Source: Candidatus Micrarchaeota archaeon (GTDB lineage Archaea > Micrarchaeota > Micrarchaeia > Norongarragalinales > Norongarragalinaceae). From it: DNA of 58,419 nt. Made by a program: the position numbers and the translations under genes. This document shows positions 36,215-43,627 of the stretch, in pieces. The notes below the pieces were generated by a model that did not search any database, was not told the DNA's origin, and saw only the letters and a program-made list of their open reading frames with translations. The DNA lies in NCBI GenBank assembly GCA_964630975.1, contig CAZVVY010000003.1, positions 58,379 through 116,797 on the forward strand, read 5' to 3'. Every line of letters starts with the position of its first letter. Position 1 is the first letter of the stretch.

Positions 36215-36730
36215 GTGCAAACCATGCCGGAAAGACTCGACCCCGAAGGGTTAAGGAATCGGAGGGAACACTTGCGCGACTCCCTCAAAATACTTCCCAA
36301 GGAATCGCCGCAATACGCGAGCGGATTAAAGGAATTGGGGGAAAACGACGCGAAACTGGATGCAGCCGAAGTAATAAGTGCGCTCGACGAAATCCACGAA
36401 AGCAAGCCCATTAAAGTAATGGAAAACGGCAGCCTACCAAAAGAATTCGGCCTCCTACCCTACGAAGAACAACAAAAAGGCGCGGGAGATTACAAGGGCT
36501 TCACGATAAGGATACCGCAGGAAGCCGAATACGAATTGAACTCCCTGCAAAGCGCACTCGAAAAGTATGCTTCAACTCACGGCCTGAAAATGAGGCACGC
36601 ATACCGCAATTACGGCGACTGGGAGGGAAGAAAAATACTTTTTTACTTGCACGAAAACGCGGGGCAAGAAAAACACGAAGAACTAAGAAAATTAAATGAA
36701 ATACTGAAAAAAAGGTTCGGCGGGAACTAG
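36215..36730 (+). CDS. Hypothetical protein
   Basis: 171-aa ORF with K/E-rich composition; its stop overlaps the convergent gene. Confidence 0.55.
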   Translation: MQTMPERLDPEGLRNRREHLRDSLKILPKESPQYASGLKELGENDAKLDAAEVISALDEIHESKPIKVMENGSLPKEFGLLPYEEQQKGAGDYKGFTIRIPQEAEYELNSLQSALEKYASTHGLKMRHAYRNYGDWEGRKILFYLHENAGQEKHEELRKLNEILKKRFGGN

Positions 36731-37143
36731 CCCGCCTTCTGCTTCTTTGGGACTTCCGCGGGGCCGACTCGGGCGCGCGGCAAGTTCAACGGCGCGTTGA
36801 CTCCGATGCCGAACGCGAGAAGCGTTCCCGAAGCCGCGGCCGCGTAATTCATGGCGTTCAACACGTTTTCAGCGAGTTTGGGGTCGAGCGCGTTATCCTT
36901 CTTCCACTTCTTGACGACTTCCTCGTTTTCTTCGCCCGTCAACAAAATCTCGCCTTTCACCTTGATTTCGGCTACTCCGTCGTTGTACTCCGTCTTGTGC
37001 TCGTAAGACACGACGAGGCCGCCGTCTTTTTCGATGACGTCCTTTATCTCTATGTTCACCGACAACCCTTTCGGCACCTCGTTCTTGAATCTCTCGGCCT
37101 GCAAGCCGGTCACTCTTCCACCTGAAATAGGCATTTTCTTCAT
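36727..37143 (-). CDS. Conserved archaeal hypothetical protein, possibly SecB-like fold
   Basis: RBS GAGGTG before ATG 37143; alternating beta pattern followed by a C-terminal helix (W.K...L......N.LN). Confidence 0.6.
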   Translation of the reverse strand: MKKMPISGGRVTGLQAERFKNEVPKGLSVNIEIKDVIEKDGGLVVSYEHKTEYNDGVAEIKVKGEILLTGEENEEVVKKWKKDNALDPKLAENVLNAMNYAAAASGTLLAFGIGVNAPLNLPRARVGPAEVPKKQKAG

Positions 37144-37148
37144 ACACC

Positions 37149-37826
37149 TCACAAATCGAATTTTTCCCCGGGCTTCAACACCACGGGAGTAGCGCGCGTC
37201 AAGGACTTCACCCTCGACTCGAAGTCGCGCGCGTCCGCCTGAATGCGCGGAAACGTGTCGTAATGCATGGGCACCACGAAACGTGGCGCGACCAGTTTTA
37301 CCGCCGTAACCGCGGACAACACGTCCATAGTGTACGTGCCGCCGATGGGCAGAACAGCCAAGTCCGCGTTGTACGAACGCATGTCGTTGAACTCGTACGT
37401 GTCGCCCGCAAAGTAAATCCTTTTCCCGCCCGCGTTCAACAAGAACCCGACGGGGTGCGACGATTGCGGGTGCACGGCCCGGGTAACCGTCAAGTCGATT
37501 CCCACGACGGAAAACGATTCGCCTTCACGCACGTGCACTTTCTGGCGCGGGTTCACGTTGACGCGCGCCAACGCGTCCTCGGGCCCGATTACCTGGCACA
37601 TCGTGCGCGATGCAATCAAAGCCACGTCGTACGGGTCGCAGTGGTCGAAGTGCTCGTGCGACAAAAGTATTGCGTCGCACTTCTTTATTGCTTCCTGCGT
37701 TGCCGCGGGGGGCACGGTGCGCCTCACTTCGCGCGGCCGCTCAACGAGCCACGGGTCCGTTAGAACGGTTTTGCCGCCCCACGAAAACTCGAAGCAGGAA
37801 TGCCCCAAAAAGCGCGCTTCAACCAT
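37149..37826 (-). CDS. Metallo-beta-lactamase-fold hydrolase (UPF0173-like)
   Basis: FLGHSCF, TDPW, SHEHFDHCD, YFAGDT, LPIGG.YTMD, PMHYDTF. Confidence 0.92.
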   Translation of the reverse strand: MVEARFLGHSCFEFSWGGKTVLTDPWLVERPREVRRTVPPAATQEAIKKCDAILLSHEHFDHCDPYDVALIASRTMCQVIGPEDALARVNVNPRQKVHVREGESFSVVGIDLTVTRAVHPQSSHPVGFLLNAGGKRIYFAGDTYEFNDMRSYNADLAVLPIGGTYTMDVLSAVTAVKLVAPRFVVPMHYDTFPRIQADARDFESRVKSLTRATPVVLKPGEKFDL

Positions 37827-37875
37827 GCAATCAATTAAAAAAAAGAGGGGAAGGAGTTATTTAACCCCTTATCCC

Positions 37876-39513
37876 TCAAAAGCCACCCATTCCTCCGGGC
37901 ATTCCGCCTTCGCCGCCGGGCGACGGGGGCTTGCCCCTTGCCGCGATGATGTCGTCGATTCGCAAAATCATTTCGGCGACTTCGCTCGCGCTTTGAATGG
38001 CTTGCCTCTTGATTTTCAAGGGCTCGATTACTTCCTTGGACAAGTCGCCCAACCCGGCGCCGTAAACGTTTACGCCGAACCCGGAAACGGACTCGTGCTT
38101 GTTGCGCAACTCCACGATTGCGTCAATCGAGTCCAAACCGCAGGACTCGGCGAGCGTGCGCGGAATCACTTCCAGCGCTTCGGCGAACGCTTGAATCGCG
38201 AGCTGTTCCCTTCCGCCCACTTCAACCGCGTGCTTGCGCAGCTTCATCGACAAATCCATTTCAATGCTTCCGCCGCCGACCACGTAGTGGCCTTCCTCGA
38301 TTGCCGAGGAAACCGCTCCGATTGCGTCGTCAATCGCCCTTTCGGCCTCGTCTATTACGTGTTCGGTTCCCCCGCGCACCAGCAAGGTAACGCTTTTCGG
38401 CTCCTTGCAGTCCTCAACGAAAACCATTTCGTCTCCGGCCACCTTGCGCTCTTCCACGAGCCCGGCCGACCCGAGATCTTCCGAACTCAAGTCGTCCAAC
38501 GTCGTGACTACGCGGGCGCCCGTTGCGCGCGAAAGCTTCTTCATATCACTCTTCTTTACGCGGCGGCACGCGAGAACTCCTTTCTTGGACAAATAGTGTT
38601 GGGCGACGTCATCCACTCCCTTTTGGCAGAACAACACGTTGCAGCCGCTGGCCGCAATCTTGTCCACCATTTCGCGCAACATTTTTTCTTCTTGCTCGAG
38701 GAACGCCGTCATTTGCTCGGGCGAAGTAATGTTGATGCGCGCGTCCGTCTCCGTCTTCTCGATTTCGAGGGCCGCGTCAATCAAGGCGACCTTGGCGCTT
38801 TCAACGCGCTTCGGCATTCCGGGGTGAACCACTTCCTTGTCAACCAGGACCCCGCGAATCAACTCGGTTTCGGTGACGCTGTTGCCCTGCTTCTTCTCAA
38901 CCTTGATTAATTCCTTGTCAACGAGGTTGTGGTTTTCGCCTTCCGCGACCTGCGTAACCGCGTCCACTACGAGCTTCGACAAGTATTCCTTGGCGCGGCC
39001 CGCGGCAACCGTCTTCGAACCCATGCTGATTCCGGCGATTCGCTCCAATTCCTCCTTGTCTTTTGGCGAAACCTCGGTGCAAGACTCGTTCAAGTAATCC
39101 ATACACTTTTCGGCAGCCATCTTGTACCCGGAAACAATGGTCGAAGCATGAATGTTTTGGTCCAAGAGCTCCAACGCCTTCTTCAAGAGTTCGCCCGATA
39201 TTACGACTGCGCTGGTCGTGCCGTCGCCGACTTCCTCGTCCTGCGTCTTCGAAATCTCGACCATCATCTTGGCGGCGGGGTGCTCGACATTCATTTCCTT
39301 GAGGATGGTGGCTCCGTCGTTCGTAATCACGATGTCCCCCAAGTCGGAAACCATCATTTTATCCATTCCGCGCGGGCCCAACGTGCTCTTGACCGCGCTT
39401 GCAACCGCGTAACCCACGGCTATGTTGGTTCTTTGCGCGTCACGGCCGAGAAGCCGCGAGCTCCCTTCGGGGAGCATTACCACTTGTTGTCCTCTCAGTT
39501 GCCCTTCATTCAT
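37876..39513 (-). CDS. ths: Thermosome (group II chaperonin) subunit
   Basis: [28 protein letters not shown] tail. Confidence 0.98.
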   Translation of the reverse strand: MNEGQLRGQQVVMLPEGSSRLLGRDAQRTNIAVGYAVASAVKSTLGPRGMDKMMVSDLGDIVITNDGATILKEMNVEHPAAKMMVEISKTQDEEVGDGTTSAVVISGELLKKALELLDQNIHASTIVSGYKMAAEKCMDYLNESCTEVSPKDKEELERIAGISMGSKTVAAGRAKEYLSKLVVDAVTQVAEGENHNLVDKELIKVEKKQGNSVTETELIRGVLVDKEVVHPGMPKRVESAKVALIDAALEIEKTETDARINITSPEQMTAFLEQEEKMLREMVDKIAASGCNVLFCQKGVDDVAQHYLSKKGVLACRRVKKSDMKKLSRATGARVVTTLDDLSSEDLGSAGLVEERKVAGDEMVFVEDCKEPKSVTLLVRGGTEHVIDEAERAIDDAIGAVSSAIEEGHYVVGGGSIEMDLSMKLRKHAVEVGGREQLAIQAFAEALEVIPRTLAESCGLDSIDAIVELRNKHESVSGFGVNVYGAGLGDLSKEVIEPLKIKRQAIQSASEVAEMILRIDDIIAARGKPPSPGGEGGMPGGMGGF

Positions 39514-39646
39514 TTTTCAATTCCACCTCTAATAATCAACTTCATTAAAATACGCTCTATACGTGTTATAAACTAGTGAAACCCTTTATTTAACCCTTAC
39601 CCAAAAACGATTTTTTCAAGGGAAAAAATTCACTGGTGAAACGAAG

Positions 39647-41212
39647 ATGAAGGAGTTAATTACCGCCGCACTGCCTTACGCGAATGGAACCCTGCACCTC
39701 GGGCACTTGATGAGCACTTACTTGCCCGCCGACGTTTACGCGCGCTACTGCCGCCTTCGCGGCCGCGAAACCGCTTTCGTGTGCGCCACGGACGAGCACG
39801 GAACGGCAATCGAGATTAACGCGCAAAAAGCCGGGAAGAGCCCGAAAGAATTCGTTGCCGAACACCACGAGCAACAACTCAAGGACTTCGAGTCGGCACT
39901 CATAAAATTCGACGAATTCCACCACACGGATTCGCCGGAAAACCACGAGCTCTCCAAGGAATTCCACGAAAAACTATCCGAACACTTCTACGAAAAACAA
40001 GTCACGCAAACGTATTGCCCGAAATGCGCACGCGTCCTCCCCGACCGATACGTCAAGGGAAAGTGCCCCAACTGCGGCGCCGAAAGACAATACGGCGACG
40101 GATGCGAAAAATGCGGGAAAACTTATTCGACCTCCGACTTAATCGCTCCCGAATGCTCGGTTTGCGGCTCCACGCCCGAGCCGCGCTCCAGCAAACACTT
40201 GTTCTTCCGCCTAACATCCTTTAAGGAGTTCTTAACCGAATGGCTGCAAAAAGACGGCCTCCAAAAAGACGTGGTCAACTACGTCAAGAACTGGCTCCCG
40301 GGCTTGCAGGACTGGGACGTCACGCGCGACGGCCCTTATTTCGGCGTGCCGATTCCCGGCCGCGAAAACCAATACTTTTACGTGTGGTTCGACGCGCCCA
40401 TCGGCTACGTTTCCTCCACCAAACACTTGTTCAACGGCCTCGGCGACTGGTGGAACGGCGGAGCCCGCATAACCCACTTCATCGGAAAAGACATCATTTA
40501 CCACCACTACTTGTTTTGGCCCGCAATGCTGAAAGGCGCGGGATTCGCGTTGCCCGCCCGCATTCCCACGCGCGGCCACTTGAACATGGCGTCAGGAGAA
40601 AAAATGAGCAAAAGCCGCGGCACCCTCGTAACCATCCGCGAAGCAATCCGAAAAACGAACCCCGAATACCTCCGCTACTACTTGACTGCAATCACGCCGA
40701 GCTCCACCGCCGACATCGCGTTTTCGTGGGACGAGTTGAAAGTAAAAGCGAACAACGAGTTAATCGACGCGTACGGCAACCTCGTATACCGCGTGTTATC
40801 CTTTGCTTACTCCAAGACGGACGGCGTACCCCAAAAAAGCGTTGAAAGCCCGGAGGACGAGGAATTCGAACCCAAAATCGCGGCGTTCCTCGAAAAAGCC
40901 GGCGAATACTACGACGAAGTCGAGTTAAAGCGCGCCCTCGAATACTGCCTGCAATTCGCAGGCGAATGCAACAAGTACTTCAACGACCGCGCGCCCTGGA
41001 AACTCTTAAAGGAAAACCCGAAAGAAGCGAAAACCGTTCTCCACAACTCGTGTCGCGCGGTTTACGCGTTAAGCGTTGCTTTAAGCCCGGTCCTACCCAA
41101 TTCAACGAAAAAAGTGTTCGAGTGCCTCGAAGAAGAAGCGAAGTGGGAGGACTGCTTGGCGGCACGCGAAATCAAGAAGCCGGAAGTGCTCTACCAAAAA
41201 ATCGAGGATTAA
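39647..41212 (+). CDS. metG: Methionyl-tRNA synthetase (short form, no C-terminal tRNA-binding domain)
   Basis: ALPYANG.LHLGH, four CxxC knuckles, YVWFDAPIGY, KMSKS. Confidence 0.97.
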   Translation: MKELITAALPYANGTLHLGHLMSTYLPADVYARYCRLRGRETAFVCATDEHGTAIEINAQKAGKSPKEFVAEHHEQQLKDFESALIKFDEFHHTDSPENHELSKEFHEKLSEHFYEKQVTQTYCPKCARVLPDRYVKGKCPNCGAERQYGDGCEKCGKTYSTSDLIAPECSVCGSTPEPRSSKHLFFRLTSFKEFLTEWLQKDGLQKDVVNYVKNWLPGLQDWDVTRDGPYFGVPIPGRENQYFYVWFDAPIGYVSSTKHLFNGLGDWWNGGARITHFIGKDIIYHHYLFWPAMLKGAGFALPARIPTRGHLNMASGEKMSKSRGTLVTIREAIRKTNPEYLRYYLTAITPSSTADIAFSWDELKVKANNELIDAYGNLVYRVLSFAYSKTDGVPQKSVESPEDEEFEPKIAAFLEKAGEYYDEVELKRALEYCLQFAGECNKYFNDRAPWKLLKENPKEAKTVLHNSCRAVYALSVALSPVLPNSTKKVFECLEEEAKWEDCLAAREIKKPEVLYQKIED

Positions 41213-41565
41213 ATTCGAGGCCAATTCAATTTATTGGCTTCCCTCAACAAAAGCTTGTACAACCCGTCCTCGAACTCGAGCCGCCCATTCAAACGCTCTG
41301 AATCCGCGCGATCACCGCTTTTTTCGGCTAACCGCTTCGCAGACCCCGCGCGCCTCACCACTTCTTTATTAAAGGAATTCCTCGACGAAAAATGTTGGGG
41401 GTCCAGCGAAGAAACCACGCGTTCAACGAACCGCCTCTCCGAAGGTGAAGTAAACGAATAATTGCCGACCGCGTTCAACAACGATTTGCGGCGCGCCCCC
41501 AGTTCTTCGGCGCAACCCCTCTCTTCGAGTTGGCGCCTTACTTCCTCGATTTGCTCTTCCGGCAT
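41209..41565 (-). CDS. Hypothetical protein
   Basis: Start reassigned to ATG 41565 because the longer ORF overlaps tRNA-Glu. Confidence 0.5.
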   Translation of the reverse strand: MPEEQIEEVRRQLEERGCAEELGARRKSLLNAVGNYSFTSPSERRFVERVVSSLDPQHFSSRNSFNKEVVRRAGSAKRLAEKSGDRADSERLNGRLEFEDGLYKLLLREANKLNWPRI

Positions 41566-41598
41566 AAACCAATAAGTAAGCCGAGTAAAATAAAAGTA

Positions 41599-41724
41599 TG
41601 CTCCGACCGGGAGTTTCACGAGCAAAGCGAGTGAAATGCCTTAAAGCAACGCGCTTTGCCCAATTTGAACCCGGGTCGCTGGCTTGAAAGGCCAGTGTCC
41701 TTGACCGAACTAGACGATCGGAGC
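41599..41724 (-). tRNA. tRNA-Glu(TTC) with a 51-nt intron at 59/60 (intron 41613-41663)
   Basis: Acceptor GCTCCGA/TCGGAGC; anticodon arm CTGGC-CT TTC AA-GCCAG; T arm restored on splicing; full BHB (TTCA/TGAA helix, AAT and ACT bulges). CCA not encoded. Confidence 0.93.
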
Positions 41725-41754
41725 AAACAAGCGTTATTCTAGGGTTGCAAGCGT

Positions 41755-42381
41755 TTAAATGATTTTTCTTTGCTGCAAACGCGAAAAGATTTCGTCGTGC
41801 AACTCGTTCTTGTCGCGCAACTCGCCGTTTTCGGCGCAGTCCACCACTATCCAAGAGTCGTCGGCGAGCTCCAAATACGTTTTGCGGACGGCTTGCTGGT
41901 ACGCCAAATTTTTTTCGTGGTCGTCTTTTTCGCCGCGCTCCTCCAACAATTTGGCGCTGACCACGGGGTCGAGGTTGAGGAACACCACGCAAGCCGGCTG
42001 GGGCAACACGGATTCCACGAATAAAAGCCAGTTGGCGAACTCCTTCCTCTTCTCGGGAGTGGGAAGCTTGGCCGCCTGGTAAGCCGCGTTGGAGTGAATG
42101 TACCTGTCGCAAACCACGACGCTCTTGCGCTTGGATTCCTCCAAATCCCCCTTTTTTTGGAGGCGGTCTATCGAGTAAAGCAAGGCGGCTTGGTGAGGCG
42201 AAATGCCTTCAAATTCGCCGGCGAGGTAGCGCTTGATTAGCGCGCCGTAAGACGACTCGTACACGGGGAACTCGAATTTTTTCACGGCGTGCCCTTCCTT
42301 CTTGAGGCGTTCAACCAAAAGGTCGCACTGCGTCTGCTTACCGGAGCCGTCGGTTCCCTCAAACGAAATCAATGCAGGCAT
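41755..42381 (-). CDS. tmk: Thymidylate kinase
   Basis: FEGTDGSGKQTQ, F.FP.Y, CDRY..SN.AYQ. Confidence 0.95.
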   Translation of the reverse strand: MPALISFEGTDGSGKQTQCDLLVERLKKEGHAVKKFEFPVYESSYGALIKRYLAGEFEGISPHQAALLYSIDRLQKKGDLEESKRKSVVVCDRYIHSNAAYQAAKLPTPEKRKEFANWLLFVESVLPQPACVVFLNLDPVVSAKLLEERGEKDDHEKNLAYQQAVRKTYLELADDSWIVVDCAENGELRDKNELHDEIFSRLQQRKII

Positions 42382-42388
42382 TATGCTC

Positions 42389-42955
42389 TCACAACCCTAA
42401 CGCATTCAATAATATTGCGGTCAACGGTATTAAGAGGTTGTCGTCCGTAGGCGAGTCAATCGCCTCGACCACTCCGAGGAGGAACGCGTAAGACAAGGCG
42501 CGCCAGGCACCCAAGAAAAAGAATGCTCCGACAAAGCCGGCGACAACGAACGCGAGTGCGCCCTCCCAACTCTTCTTCTTGTTGAACGGCAGGCGGTGCA
42601 TTCCGCGCACGCCGATAACGGTTGCCAGCCCGTCCCCGAAGCCGAGGACGGCTATGACCGCCAACGCGAATTCAAGGGACGGCGAAAAAGCCGCCAGGAA
42701 CAAGGAGCCGACCACGAAGAACAACGCGCCTTTGCCCGGTATTTCCGCGGTTTTGCGCTCGAACTCTTCGAACATTCCGTGGGAAAGCGGCACCCAAAAC
42801 CCCAGCATTTCAAGGGTAATCAACAACGAGCCCGACAAGAAGCAGGCCGCCAAATAAGCTTTGAATGCGGCTTCGCCGAACAACAACGCAACCGCTAAGA
42901 CGGATGCGCCGAACGCGACGTGCAAGGCCTGCCTCTTCAACTCGAATTCCTTCAT
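42389..42955 (-). CDS. CTP-dependent polyprenol/dolichol/phytol kinase family (SEC59/DGK1/VTE5-like)
   Basis: RQALH, GFGDGLATVIG, NKKKSWEG.LAF, DDNLLIP. Start reassigned to ATG 42955. Confidence 0.85.
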   Translation of the reverse strand: MKEFELKRQALHVAFGASVLAVALLFGEAAFKAYLAACFLSGSLLITLEMLGFWVPLSHGMFEEFERKTAEIPGKGALFFVVGSLFLAAFSPSLEFALAVIAVLGFGDGLATVIGVRGMHRLPFNKKKSWEGALAFVVAGFVGAFFFLGAWRALSYAFLLGVVEAIDSPTDDNLLIPLTAILLNALGL

Positions 42956-43404
42956 TCCAACAACTTGTACCTCGAAACCAGTTCGTGTGCGGCGTGCTTG
43001 TGCAGGAACGCCCACAACGCGGCGTAAACCGCGAGCCCAAGGGCGTAACCCGCAAACACTTGCCCAAAAGAGTGCACTCCCCCGTGAACGCGGGAGTACG
43101 CAACCAGCAAAGAAAACGGCGCGGCAACGAAGAAAGCGGGCGTTCCCAGGGACGCAAGGGCAAACGCGCCCGCCGCAGCCGAGTGAACCGACGGGAATCC
43201 TTGCGATTGCGGGCAGTCGGGCGCGCCCGCGCAAGGCCGCGGCTCGTCGTACAAGGGCTTCACGGCCTGGGCGGCGACCGTGGAAAGAAGCAACGCCGCC
43301 AGAAAAATCTTCTTGTGCTTGAAGAACAAAAAGCCGGATAGAGCCATCAACACTATTAGCGGGTAATAATAGACGTGTGCGAATTCCGTGAACGCGTCCA
43401 GCAT
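42952..43404 (-). CDS. PAP2-family phosphatase, dolichyl-pyrophosphate-phosphatase-like
   Basis: C1 K-x6-RP, C2 FPSVHS, C3 SRVHGGVHSFGQV. Start reassigned to ATG 43404. Confidence 0.85.
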   Translation of the reverse strand: MLDAFTEFAHVYYYPLIVLMALSGFLFFKHKKIFLAALLLSTVAAQAVKPLYDEPRPCAGAPDCPQSQGFPSVHSAAAGAFALASLGTPAFFVAAPFSLLVAYSRVHGGVHSFGQVFAGYALGLAVYAALWAFLHKHAAHELVSRYKLLE

Positions 43405-43439
43405 GGCATACTTTACGCTGGCTAAATTAAAAAAACGAG

Positions 43440-43596
43440 TGCCGGAGGCGGGATTCTCACTGCCTTTCTTTTTCGTCGACGTTTTTCTTTCGCGAAAGAA
43501 AAAGGTCGGTTTGAACCCGCGACTTCCAGATTTCCCGAGCACCTAATTCGGTTCGCGTATGAGTCTGGCGCTCTAACCAGTCTGAGCTACTCCGGC
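43440..43596 (-). tRNA. Elongator tRNA-Met(CAT) with two introns: 37/38 (43532-43557, 26 nt) and 59/60 (43454-43509, 56 nt)
   Basis: Acceptor GCCGGAG/CTCCGGC; anticodon stem CCAGA/TCTGG; spliced T arm GCGGG-TTCAAAT-CCCGC; second intron has a TTCA/TGAG helix with AAC and AAT bulges. Confidence 0.9.
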
Positions 43597-43627
43597 ACCG
43601 CGTCTCTATTATTGGCGGCAAAGTTCT

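Noticed and set aside
42956-43542. N-terminal extensions in the ORF track (kinase to 43234, PAP2 to 43542; likewise alaS, pyrG, mnmA, polB)
   Set aside because: The extensions overlap neighbouring genes, tRNAs or rnpB; downstream ATGs match the family N-termini.
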